This document shows, one piece after another, positions 39,326-48,819 of a stretch of 61,383 bases of DNA. Source of the stretch: an uncultured archaeon. Lineage in GTDB: Archaea > Asgardarchaeota > Heimdallarchaeia > Heimdallarchaeales > Kariarchaeaceae. Each line of letters starts with the position of its first letter. Position 1 is the first letter of the stretch. The notes below the pieces were generated by a model. The model was given only the letters and a program-made list of their open reading frames with translations, was not told where the DNA came from and did no database searches. A program made the position numbers and the translations under genes. Location: the NCBI GenBank assembly GCA_964645535.1, contig CAZYCQ010000005.1, positions 1-61,383 of the forward strand, read 5' to 3'.

Positions 39326-40111
39326 ATGTGCAGGATGGCTCTGGCTGTTTCAACCAAACGACTCAATCGAACAGTTGTGGATGAAATAGTCCAATGCATG
39401 AAAAAAGCTTCTGCTGATCAGACAATGGATCATGAGCACAATAAGGATGGTCGAGGAACATTTCCCCATAGTGATGGGTGGGGGATCTTATGGTTGAATT
39501 CTTTTGGTCACTTTGCAAGCTACCGAAGCATGACACCCTTTCATGAACAAGATCTTGAGGAAATCGAACCCGTTCTGCAACATGCCGCTGATTCCCCTCT
39601 TTTCATGATTCATGTAAGAAAGGCCTCTCCGGGAATCCCTAGAGGATGCGAATATCTTCATCCATTTGTTAGAAGTACTAAACAAGGAATGATGGCATTT
39701 GTCCACAATGGTACCATTGTCAACTATGAAACATTAGGTCTCGTGGATTATGCCGATGAAGTTTTGACAAAATCGGACAGTGAACGGCTATTTTACTATC
39801 TTGTTGGTAGGATGGAATGGAATCTAGATGAAGATGTAAAGGAACTCAAGGATGCAATTGAGCATATTCCCGCGGGTTCATCTGCGAACTTTATCCTTGT
39901 TCGGGAAAATCCCCTCACGGTTTATGCATCCACTAATTTCAGTGATAACCCCAAATATTTTACCATGCAGTATGCTGCCACAGAGGATATGTTGGTCATC
40001 GCCTCAGAAAAATTACTGGAAACCCCGGATATCAGTTGGAAACCTTTGGAAAACAGAAAACTATTGAAAATTCAGAAGGTAGATCAAAAACTCCATTGGC
40101 AAGAATATTGA
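39326..40111 (+). CDS. Class II glutamine amidotransferase (YafJ/EgtC-like)
   Basis: N-terminal MCRM (Cys2 nucleophile; start moved to 39326), HSDGWG, HVRKAS, HPF, HNG and SDSE motifs. Confidence 0.88.
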   Translation: MCRMALAVSTKRLNRTVVDEIVQCMKKASADQTMDHEHNKDGRGTFPHSDGWGILWLNSFGHFASYRSMTPFHEQDLEEIEPVLQHAADSPLFMIHVRKASPGIPRGCEYLHPFVRSTKQGMMAFVHNGTIVNYETLGLVDYADEVLTKSDSERLFYYLVGRMEWNLDEDVKELKDAIEHIPAGSSANFILVRENPLTVYASTNFSDNPKYFTMQYAATEDMLVIASEKLLETPDISWKPLENRKLLKIQKVDQKLHWQEY

Positions 40112-40173
40112 TTCAGTTTTAGCTTTCTCCCCCTCCGTACGTGCTTTTATCCTCAGAATTCATAATATCATTA

Positions 40174-41397
40174 ATGGCAACAGAAATGGAAAATAATGAG
40201 CAGAATGGTCTTCTCCATCTAACTCTTCAGGATGTTCCTGGACTAGGACCTAAAACCGCCAAAATGTTACGAGATGAAGGAATCGATACCCCCGCTCGAT
40301 TGATGGAATCCTCCTTTGATGAATTGGAACAGGCTGGTCTTACGCGACCCGCCGCAAAGAAATTAAAGCAGGCTATTGCTGACATGTTTCCAAATATTTT
40401 CCCGGATTTCCACTTAGGTGTGGATTTGGAAGACATCGAAGGTATTGGTCCTACAACTGCAAGAGCATTGAGAGAAAAGGGGATGAATGTTGGTCTTTTG
40501 GAGACCACTCCTGTTAAAGAATTGGAAGAAAGGTATGGTCTTACCGCTAATGCTGCAATCAAGTACCAAACCTTCATTGTAGAAAACCTGAGAGGTGGAA
40601 TGTTTACGAACGGGCTTGAAATACTTGAAAAAATGCAAAAATCCGAAACCTTCACTTTTGGTGCTGAAAGTATTGATCAATTGACATTCATAGACGAGCT
40701 TGGTAATGGGGGTGTTCGCAGAGGTGAAACATATGAGTTGTTTGGATCATTTAGATCCGGCAAAAGCCAATTGTGCCATCAGTTGGCAGTGACTGTCCAA
40801 CTTCCTCCCGAACTTGGTGGTTTGGGCAAAAAAGCAGTCTATATCGACACAGAGGGGACATTTTCTCCTTCCCGGATTGTTCAGATCGCAAATCGTTTCA
40901 AAGAACAGAAAGGATGGGATAAACCTGTAGAGGATGTGCTGCGCGATGTGATGTATGCTAGAGCCAAAAACAGTGATGGGCAACAGGCTGCAGTAATTAA
41001 ATTACTTGAATTTCTTGGCAAATGTCCTGATGAATTCGGACTGGTGATCGTTGATTCAGTCACTGCACATTTTCGAGCTGAATATGCCGGTCGAGGGACC
41101 CTTGCAGAACGTCAACAGATTCTTAATGCCCATCTCAATTCTCTACATAGAATTGCAGATACCTATAATGTAGCAGTTGTCGTGACCAACCAGGTACAGG
41201 CGAATCCTGCTCAATTTTTCGGAGACCCCACCACGGCAGTTGGCGGGAACATCATGGGACATTGGGCAGGTACCCGGTTTTATTTAAGAAAATCAAAAGG
41301 TGAAAAAAGGGTAATTAAGGTCTTTGACAGCCCTGTTCTTCCAGAAAGTGAAGCGGTATTCGAGATCACTGGACAAGGCATTCTCTCTTCTGAATGA
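40174..41397 (+). CDS. radA: RadA/Rad51-family recombinase with duplicated N-terminal HhH domains
   Basis: GSFRSGKSQLCHQLAVTVQLP, YIDTEGTF, VIVDS, FRAEYAGRGTLAERQQ and TNQV motifs. Confidence 0.92.
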   Translation: MATEMENNEQNGLLHLTLQDVPGLGPKTAKMLRDEGIDTPARLMESSFDELEQAGLTRPAAKKLKQAIADMFPNIFPDFHLGVDLEDIEGIGPTTARALREKGMNVGLLETTPVKELEERYGLTANAAIKYQTFIVENLRGGMFTNGLEILEKMQKSETFTFGAESIDQLTFIDELGNGGVRRGETYELFGSFRSGKSQLCHQLAVTVQLPPELGGLGKKAVYIDTEGTFSPSRIVQIANRFKEQKGWDKPVEDVLRDVMYARAKNSDGQQAAVIKLLEFLGKCPDEFGLVIVDSVTAHFRAEYAGRGTLAERQQILNAHLNSLHRIADTYNVAVVVTNQVQANPAQFFGDPTTAVGGNIMGHWAGTRFYLRKSKGEKRVIKVFDSPVLPESEAVFEITGQGILSSE

Positions 41398-41443
41398 TCC
41401 CTCTGGAGAAAAACTACTTAATTGTTTAGTTTTTCAATAGGTT

Positions 41444-43609
41444 ATGGCAAGAAAACGACCTTCACATGGTGGGGGCTGGCATGCCGTTAGGTACACCTAC
41501 AAGATGGGAAAACGGGCAGGTGGAACTCTTCGGCTTTTCAGTGCATTGCGCAAATCGAACACATGCAAGGCTTGTGCTTTTGGAATGAAAGGAATGCGCA
41601 ATGAACTTGGCCAAGGCTTTCAAGTTTGCAAAAAGGCTATGCAGGCTCAATCACAGGACATGCTCCCTCCGATTTCACAGAAATTTTTCGAGGATCATGA
41701 CTTGGATGCAATGAAACAGATGAGCGGAAGAGAATTGGAACTTCTTGGTCGGCTAACTTTTCCAATCCACAAAAAACCTGGTGACAACCGATTTGTTCCA
41801 ATAGGATGGGATGACGCACTTTCTCTACTTGTTAACCGATGGATGGATACCGATCCTCAAAGATTATTTATCTATGTTTCCGGACGTTCCTCCAATGAGG
41901 CTGCATTTTTAATTCAGCTTCTTGGACGTGCCTATGGAACAAATCATATCAACAATTGCAGTTATTACTGCCATCAGGCAAGTGGTGTGGGTCTTTCTTC
42001 AATGCTTGGCTCAGGTACTGCAACTGTCACTTTGGCGGATGTAGAGAAATCAGACCTTATCGTTGTTGCAGGTGCAAACCCAAGCAGTAACCACCCACGT
42101 TTCATGACCCACCTTATGAATCTACGAAAAAGAAAAGGAAATGTGGTTGTGATCAACCCTTTTCGTGAAGTAGGTTTGGAACGTTTTGCCATCCCTAGCC
42201 ATATGAAATCACTTCTGTTTCCCACCGAGATTGCAAATCTGTATATCCAGCCACACTGCGGAGGCGATATGAGCTTTTTTAAAGCCATTGCCGCCAGAAT
42301 CCATCAACTAGGACAAACCGATCTTAATTTTCTTCGTACAAATTGTAACAATGTAGAAGAATTCCTTGATGACCTAGAAAAGGCTGATGTAGATAGATTG
42401 CTATCTCAGTCAGGTGTCAGCAGGGAAGATCTAGATCAGTTTGTCGATCTTCTTCTTCAAGCAAGAAACCCAATCTTTGCATGGGCAATGGGACTTACCC
42501 ACCAACGTCATGGTGTAGAAACAGTCCAGATGCTTACCAACTTGGCACTGATGGTAGGTGCAATTGGACGGGAAGGAAGTGGACTTCTTCCACTTCGCGG
42601 GCATAGTAATGTTCAAGGAGTTGGGACAGTTGGTGTAGTTCCACGATTGAAACCCTCTGTGATCGATGCATTAGCAAAACATCTTGGTATCAATGTTCCC
42701 TCTACTGACGGCTATGATACCTTTAGTGCTATGAAAGCAGCAGAAAACGGAGAGATTGATTTTGCTCTCTTTCTTGGAGGCAACCTTTATGGTGCCAATC
42801 CTGCATCGAAATGGGCAGGGGGATCCATTTCAAACATTCCCTTCACCTGCCAACTCAGTACCACCCTGAATTTGGGACATATCCATGGCCAAGGGAAGGA
42901 AGCTCTGATTCTTCCCGTTCGAGCAAGAGATGAGGAACGACAGGGCACGACTCAAGAATCAATGTTTAATTATGTTCGATATTCCGTCGGTGGGCAATCT
43001 CCTCCCATATCTGACCTCCCCTCCGAAACAGAAATATTGGTGGATATTGGCCGACGCCTAGTTCCTGATGTTTTGGATTGGGACACGCTTTCCAATCATG
43101 ATCGGATACGCGATTTCATTGGGAAAACCATTCCGGGAATGCAAGCCATTTCAAATGTAAAAGAACATGAGTTTACCATTGAGGGGCGAATCCTACATAC
43201 CCCTCAATTCAACACAAAAAATAAAAAAGCCCACTTGAAAGTCCTTGCTCCTCCTGATGCCCGACCTCCTCCTGGAAAATTCAATCTTACAACCTTCCGG
43301 TCTGAAGGACAATTCAATACCATCATTTATGATGATGAAGACGTTTACAGAGGATCTACCCATCGAAATGTAATTTTCATCAATTCCAAAGACCTCTTGG
43401 ATTTGGGTATTAAAGATGGTGATCTAGTCAAAGTGGTGTCTGATTTTGATTCTGTCGTCGTGGAGGCATTTGAGGCTCCAATCCGAAGAGGAAATGTTGC
43501 TATGTTCTTCCCCGAAGGCAATAAAGTTATCCCCCCAATCATCGATCCGCTTTCCAAAACACCTGTATTCAAAAGGGCAGAGGTTGCAATCCACCCTATA
43601 AATGATTGA
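41444..43609 (+). CDS. FdhF/YdeP-family molybdopterin oxidoreductase
   Basis: SGRSSNEA, NNCSYYCHQASG, PLRGHSNVQG and RSEGQFNT motifs. Confidence 0.9.
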   Translation: MARKRPSHGGGWHAVRYTYKMGKRAGGTLRLFSALRKSNTCKACAFGMKGMRNELGQGFQVCKKAMQAQSQDMLPPISQKFFEDHDLDAMKQMSGRELELLGRLTFPIHKKPGDNRFVPIGWDDALSLLVNRWMDTDPQRLFIYVSGRSSNEAAFLIQLLGRAYGTNHINNCSYYCHQASGVGLSSMLGSGTATVTLADVEKSDLIVVAGANPSSNHPRFMTHLMNLRKRKGNVVVINPFREVGLERFAIPSHMKSLLFPTEIANLYIQPHCGGDMSFFKAIAARIHQLGQTDLNFLRTNCNNVEEFLDDLEKADVDRLLSQSGVSREDLDQFVDLLLQARNPIFAWAMGLTHQRHGVETVQMLTNLALMVGAIGREGSGLLPLRGHSNVQGVGTVGVVPRLKPSVIDALAKHLGINVPSTDGYDTFSAMKAAENGEIDFALFLGGNLYGANPASKWAGGSISNIPFTCQLSTTLNLGHIHGQGKEALILPVRARDEERQGTTQESMFNYVRYSVGGQSPPISDLPSETEILVDIGRRLVPDVLDWDTLSNHDRIRDFIGKTIPGMQAISNVKEHEFTIEGRILHTPQFNTKNKKAHLKVLAPPDARPPPGKFNLTTFRSEGQFNTIIYDDEDVYRGSTHRNVIFINSKDLLDLGIKDGDLVKVVSDFDSVVVEAFEAPIRRGNVAMFFPEGNKVIPPIIDPLSKTPVFKRAEVAIHPIND

Positions 43610-43648
43610 TCTCTGAATAAACAAAGTATTTAATGTTAAGTCGTCTTC

Positions 43649-43900
43649 ATGTTCTTTGTGGATAAATTTGCCCAAGAACTCATTAGGCTTGCAAAATCTT
43701 CGGATCAAACAGAACGAATGGAAGCAGCTTACTTGATCGGTGAATTGGCGGATGTGCCACAAGATCTTCTTAATGTATTGTATGAGTTGATACAGGATGA
43801 ATTTCTTGAAGTCCAAACTACTGCAAATGAAGCCCTCAAAAAAATCTTGATCAAACAGTATGGTTGGAAATTAGATTTGAATGATTCCCAGTCACAATAA
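43649..43900 (+). CDS. Small HEAT-repeat protein
   Basis: Two HEAT-like units (ERMEAAYLIGEL; EVQTTANEALKKI). Confidence 0.6.
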   Translation: MFFVDKFAQELIRLAKSSDQTERMEAAYLIGELADVPQDLLNVLYELIQDEFLEVQTTANEALKKILIKQYGWKLDLNDSQSQ

Positions 43901-44020
43901 ATTGCATGTGGCTGCCGTTATTCGAACCAATATTTCCGCATTTTGCTATTTTTTCGCATCTCTTATCCTTTTTTCGAAAAAACTTAAATCGTGTTGTTTT
44001 TCTTCCTCGTTGTGCAATCT

Positions 44021-44947
44021 TTGAAACAAAACCTTCTGGTAACATTCCTGTTTGGATTAATGCTATTGCCCACAATTCATGTGATTCCTGCCAATGCAGG
44101 ATTGGGTACATGGCCATTGCTAAAAAAAGGTGCTCGCGGCGAAGACGTTTATGCTTTACAATATCTTTTGAGAGCACATGGCTATTCCATTGCTGTTGAT
44201 GGAATTTTTGGTAGCGGAACAGAATCAACTGTGAAAGCATTCCAATCTTCAAAAGGATTGATTGCTGATGGAATTGTTGGGTCAAATACATGGTCCAAAT
44301 TGGTAATCACTGTCAAGTACGGATCCCGTGGCGATGCTGTCCGCGCAGTTCAAAGACTCTTGAATATGAAACACCACACTTCTTTGGCAATAGATGGTAT
44401 TTTTGGCTCTGGTACAAAATCCAAGGTCATTTCATTTCAATCGCATGTTGGAATCAGTGCAGATGGTATTGTCGGTCCTACCACTTGGCGTTATCTAATC
44501 AGTCATTTTACAGATCTTACCATCTATGGCGGATCTGGAACTGGATGGTATCATTATGGCGATGATGGAAATGACGATTGGGCAACCGCCAATGTGATTG
44601 CACAGCTCAAAAAGGTGGCCTTGGATTGGTATTACGCTGTCGGATCTCCAAGAATCGGAATTGGTGACATTAGCAGAGAGCATGGCGGTTATTTTCCTCC
44701 GCATTCCACCCATAGGGATGGACTAGATACTGATATTCGCCCTATCCGAAATGATGGGGTAGAAGGTGCTACACAATGGAATTGGGGGTCATATAGTCGT
44801 TCTCTTACCCGGTTACTCTTGCAAATGCTTTGGGATACTGGAATGGTGGTTCGTATTCTTTTCAATGATCCTGTGCTGGTCTCAGAAGGCCTGTGTACAT
44901 CTTACTCTGGACATGACAACCATTTGCATGTAGATTGGGCATTGTAA
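44021..44947 (+). CDS. Secreted peptidoglycan endopeptidase: two PG-binding domains plus MepA-like (LAS) zinc peptidase
   Basis: Signal peptide MKQNLLVTFLFGLMLLPTIHVIPANA from TTG 44021. Two 'G..G..V...Q..L...DGIFG..T...V..FQ...DGIVG..TW' domains. Catalytic GDIS...HSTHRDGLDTD...HDNHLH. Confidence 0.88.
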   Translation: MKQNLLVTFLFGLMLLPTIHVIPANAGLGTWPLLKKGARGEDVYALQYLLRAHGYSIAVDGIFGSGTESTVKAFQSSKGLIADGIVGSNTWSKLVITVKYGSRGDAVRAVQRLLNMKHHTSLAIDGIFGSGTKSKVISFQSHVGISADGIVGPTTWRYLISHFTDLTIYGGSGTGWYHYGDDGNDDWATANVIAQLKKVALDWYYAVGSPRIGIGDISREHGGYFPPHSTHRDGLDTDIRPIRNDGVEGATQWNWGSYSRSLTRLLLQMLWDTGMVVRILFNDPVLVSEGLCTSYSGHDNHLHVDWAL

Positions 44948-44948
44948 T

Positions 44949-46358
44949 TTATAGTTTGGTTCTATAGATCAACTCTGTCAACCATTTCGAAAGTTTACCA
45001 TGCGGTGGATAGAAAAATGGATTGTCAATTTTTCTCGGTTTTTTCAGGATCGCGACCATGCGTGAAAATTCATCAAAACTTTCTTTTCCTTTATTGTAAC
45101 CATATCCAGACGTTCCTACCCCTCCAATTGGAAGACCTTGAACTCCAAACTGAAAGAGAGTGTCATTGATGCATCCATTTCCAAATTGTACCTTTGAATG
45201 GATATCCCTTGTGAATTTCTTGTCACTGCCGAATATATAAAGAGCCAAAGGCGTAGGATTCCGTCCAATGATCGAAAGAAGTTCATTTTCATTCTCATAT
45301 TCCAATATGGGCAGAAGAGGTCCAAAAATCTCTTCCTGCATAATGGGGTGATCCAAGGGTGGATTGTCTATTAGTGTGATTTGAATAAACCTTGCATGGC
45401 GATCAGTTACTCCTCCAAACAAAATTTTGTCCTCCAACCCCTTTTTTAGTCTTATCAATCTTTCAAAATGATGCTCATTTATGATTTTACTGCTTGTCGT
45501 AGGTTCCGCATTGTCAAGCTTCATCTCTTTCAGAGCATTGATCAAGGCTTGTACTAATTTTTCCTTGATCTCCTTTCTCACCAGAATATAATCTGGTGCA
45601 ACACATGTCTGTCCTGCATTGACCCATTTTCCAAGAATTATCCTTTTTGCTGTTACCTTAATGCTCTTGTCATCATCCACTATGGCTGGTGATTTACCTC
45701 CCAGCTCAAGAACAGTGGGTGTCAATGTTTTTGCTGCTGCTTCCGCAATGATCCTGCCTACTTTTTCACCTCCGATGAAATAAATGAGACCATGCTTGCG
45801 AACGATCAATTCCGTTGCAACTTCCTTCCCTCCAAGAAAACAGGTGACATGGCTAGGATCAAACGTTTCCTCAATGATTTCCATAACCACTTGGGAAGTT
45901 TTTTTGCTTATTTCTGAAGGTTTAACTATGACTGTATTGCCTGCTGCAACTGCATACGCAAGCGGTACCAATGTCAGCAAAATCGGGTAGTTCCATGGCG
46001 TGATTAGTACCACTCTTCCTCGCGGCATGGGGACTTTCTTTGCCCTTAATGCAGGAAATGCCAAGAGACCCGCAAATTTTGTTTTGCTCTTGGACCATTT
46101 CTTTAAATTTTTCAGAATATAATCAATTTCATGTATCGTTACTCCAATATCTTTTACAAACCCGGTCAATCTGTCATTTCCCATGTCCTCGTAAAGTGCG
46201 TCAAGGATTTCCTCTTTCCTCTTGACAATAGTTTTCCGAAGCTTTTTTAGAACCTCTCTTCTGAAATTGACGTCAAATGTCCTGCCTGTCTGGAAAAACT
46301 CTTCTTGGTGTTGGATTGTATTCTCAACAATGTCTCCGAATCTCTCAAGCTCCTGCAT
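44949..46358 (-). CDS. Aldehyde dehydrogenase (family 3 / fatty aldehyde type)
   Basis: PWNYP, KPSE, LELGGKSP, NAGQTCVAPDY and EEIFGP motifs. Confidence 0.93.
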   Translation of the reverse strand: MQELERFGDIVENTIQHQEEFFQTGRTFDVNFRREVLKKLRKTIVKRKEEILDALYEDMGNDRLTGFVKDIGVTIHEIDYILKNLKKWSKSKTKFAGLLAFPALRAKKVPMPRGRVVLITPWNYPILLTLVPLAYAVAAGNTVIVKPSEISKKTSQVVMEIIEETFDPSHVTCFLGGKEVATELIVRKHGLIYFIGGEKVGRIIAEAAAKTLTPTVLELGGKSPAIVDDDKSIKVTAKRIILGKWVNAGQTCVAPDYILVRKEIKEKLVQALINALKEMKLDNAEPTTSSKIINEHHFERLIRLKKGLEDKILFGGVTDRHARFIQITLIDNPPLDHPIMQEEIFGPLLPILEYENENELLSIIGRNPTPLALYIFGSDKKFTRDIHSKVQFGNGCINDTLFQFGVQGLPIGGVGTSGYGYNKGKESFDEFSRMVAILKKPRKIDNPFFYPPHGKLSKWLTELIYRTKL

Positions 46359-46405
46359 AAGATGGTTGGGTCTGCTGAAAATAAGTATTTTTTCTTTTCA
46401 GTGAA

Positions 46406-47944
46406 TTAGTTCTTCTTCAATGCACGTTTCATGATCTTGCCTGTTGCAGTTTTTGGAAGATCTTTGACGAAACGAATCTTTCTAGGATACTTGTACGCTG
46501 CCATTCTTTCCCTGCACCATTGAATGATCTCTCCTTCATCTGGTTTGGTGTCTTTTCTAGGTACAACGTAAGCCACAATTTCTTCTCCATACTTCTTGTC
46601 TTTTTCTCCAACTACTGCCACCAGTGAAATATATGGATGCGTCATCATTATCTCTTCTACTTCTCTGGGATATACATTATATCCTCCTCGAATTATCAAA
46701 TCTTTCTTCCTGTCGACGATGTAGAAATATCCATCTTCATCCATTTTACCAAGATCCCCCGTGTGAAACCATCCTCCTTTGAATGCTCTTTCTGTTTCCC
46801 TTGGTCTGTTGAAATAGCCTTTCATGATATTGTGTCCACGTATCAGAATTTCTCCGATTTCACCAATTGGGCGGTCATTGCCCTCCTCATCAACAATCTT
46901 CATCTCAGTTCCTGGAAGGGGAACCCCTATCGATCCCACCTTTCGTGGCATGTCTATTCTTGAGAAACATGCAACTGGTGATGTTTCTGACAGTCCATAG
47001 CTTTCCAAAATAATTGTTTCAAATTTTCGTTCAAATTCCTTCAGTACTTCAATTGGCATGGCCGAACCCCCCGATACCCCTAATCTCAATGTTTCTTTAA
47101 TTTCTCTTGCTGCCTCTGAAGCAATTTCCGTATGAAGAAGCCCCCAGTACATGGTGGGTACTCCGACAAATATGGTTGCTTGGTATTTTCGCATTTTTTG
47201 GAGTGCTTTCTCTGGATCAAAACGTCTTTGAAGAACCAACGTTGACCCAGCAAAAAATCCTGCATTCAACTGGACTGTCTGTCCAAATGAATGAAACAAT
47301 GGTAAGGTCACCAAATGGACATCCTTACTTGTCAACTGCATGAGACCTGCAACTGCAAGAGCATTTTCAAAAAGATTTCCATGGGTCAGCTCAGCTCCTT
47401 TGGAACGTCCCGTTGTTCCTGATGTATAAAGTATCACGGCCGTTTCTTCCCTTTCTGTGGAAATGTCTTTGTATTCCTCTTCACTCCGAAGAAGCTCTTC
47501 GAAACCGATTTCCTCTCCAATTGGTTTTTCCTCCACTACGATCATATGTTTGCATGTTTCCGTCTGCAAGAAGGCTTTCCTTCCTTCTTGCAATATCTTG
47601 CCGGATTCTCCACTATGGCAAATAAAGGCTGTTGCCCCTGAATCTTTGAGAAAATATGCGATTTCCCCTGCTTTTAGCAAGATGTTGAGAGGAACAACGA
47701 TTGCTCCGATTTTATGTATTCCAAAATAGATTACAGGAAATTGCCACGTATTTGGACAGGAAACTGCAACTCTTTCCCCTTTCTTAATTCCCAACTGTTG
47801 AAGCCCTGATGCAAGACGAGATGCTAACCCATTGATGTCGTTGTATGTATATTCTGATTCACCTGAAATAATGGCCACCTTTGATGGAAAAATGGCTGCC
47901 GAATTTTCGAGTGCAAACGAAATGTTCAGTTTCCTTGCTGCCAC
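46406..47944 (-). CDS. Long-chain fatty acid--CoA ligase
   Basis: YTSGTTGRSKG, YGLSETS, TGD, RKKDLIIRGGYNVYP and LPKTATGK motifs. Confidence 0.92.
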   Translation of the reverse strand: MAARKLNISFALENSAAIFPSKVAIISGESEYTYNDINGLASRLASGLQQLGIKKGERVAVSCPNTWQFPVIYFGIHKIGAIVVPLNILLKAGEIAYFLKDSGATAFICHSGESGKILQEGRKAFLQTETCKHMIVVEEKPIGEEIGFEELLRSEEEYKDISTEREETAVILYTSGTTGRSKGAELTHGNLFENALAVAGLMQLTSKDVHLVTLPLFHSFGQTVQLNAGFFAGSTLVLQRRFDPEKALQKMRKYQATIFVGVPTMYWGLLHTEIASEAAREIKETLRLGVSGGSAMPIEVLKEFERKFETIILESYGLSETSPVACFSRIDMPRKVGSIGVPLPGTEMKIVDEEGNDRPIGEIGEILIRGHNIMKGYFNRPRETERAFKGGWFHTGDLGKMDEDGYFYIVDRKKDLIIRGGYNVYPREVEEIMMTHPYISLVAVVGEKDKKYGEEIVAYVVPRKDTKPDEGEIIQWCRERMAAYKYPRKIRFVKDLPKTATGKIMKRALKKN

Positions 47945-47991
47945 ATTTCTCCCAATAAGCTTTCCTTGTATATAGTTATTGGTTTGTCTGT

Positions 47992-48819
47992 TTGCCTAAC
48001 AGAAATGATAATAACTCTCTCCCTGTTTTTTCTAATGTGGGCATTCCAATAACTCCTGAAGGGATGCATCTTTTCAAATCATATTGTGGAATTGATCGAT
48101 CCACCCTTGAAAAACGTGCAATTGCTACAAGGGAACAGGCATTGCAGTTGCACCGATATCGATTTATTGAGGCATTCCGTTTTCTCCATCCTCGTATTGC
48201 TTCAAATCCCTTTTTTTCGATGATCCCTCTGAAAAAAGGAAAAATTCTGGATGTCGGCTGCGGATTTGGGACAGATATCCGTTACCTTGCACTTCATGGG
48301 GCTCTCCCATCTGACCTCTTTGGTCATGATATTCATGATGGTTTCATAAAATTGGGTTTTGACCTTTTCACCCCAATCTCTGGTAGAGGAAACTCCCTCG
48401 AATCGAATTTAACCTTCCTCATTGGTGCACTTGGAGAGGGTGAAGGTGAAATGATCAAAAAAAACAAGAAACGATCCTTCAAATGGGGTGATTTCTCTCA
48501 TCGCTTCCAAATCGTCCATGCAGGTTCCATACTCCATCTCCTGAAAAAAAATGAAGGTGAAGACCTTATCCGCAAAGTTTCCACTCTTCTTCAACCAAAT
48601 GGAATCTTCATTGGTAGGACCGCAGGTGCTGAAACTCCGGAATTCCCTAATGACGGGTTGCGTACAATTCATTCAGTTTCCAGCTTAACGAATTCCCTAG
48701 AACGTGCCGGTTTCGAGGAAATAAAGGTTGTTTCTCATGAACGAGAAACCTTAAAAAAAGAGGAGGATCGTGTTTCCTATCTGACGTTGCATTTTTATGC
48801 TAAGTTGTCAAGCTCCTGA
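47992..48819 (+). CDS. Class I SAM-dependent methyltransferase (fungal AusD/AdrK-like pattern)
   Basis: LDVGCGFGTDIR, LFGHDI, FQIVHAGSILHL and GIFIGR motifs. Confidence 0.8.
   Translation: MPNRNDNNSLPVFSNVGIPITPEGMHLFKSYCGIDRSTLEKRAIATREQALQLHRYRFIEAFRFLHPRIASNPFFSMIPLKKGKILDVGCGFGTDIRYLALHGALPSDLFGHDIHDGFIKLGFDLFTPISGRGNSLESNLTFLIGALGEGEGEMIKKNKKRSFKWGDFSHRFQIVHAGSILHLLKKNEGEDLIRKVSTLLQPNGIFIGRTAGAETPEFPNDGLRTIHSVSSLTNSLERAGFEEIKVVSHERETLKKEEDRVSYLTLHFYAKLSSS

Noticed and set aside
43851-44291. Alternative ORFs overlapping the PG hydrolase 5' region
   Set aside because: No motifs, and they overlap a well-supported gene and its promoter.
44100-44490. Internal DNA repeats (GATGGAATT/GATGGTATT)
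   Set aside because: They encode the DGIFG/DGIVG motifs of the duplicated PG-binding domains; this is not a CRISPR or mobile repeat.
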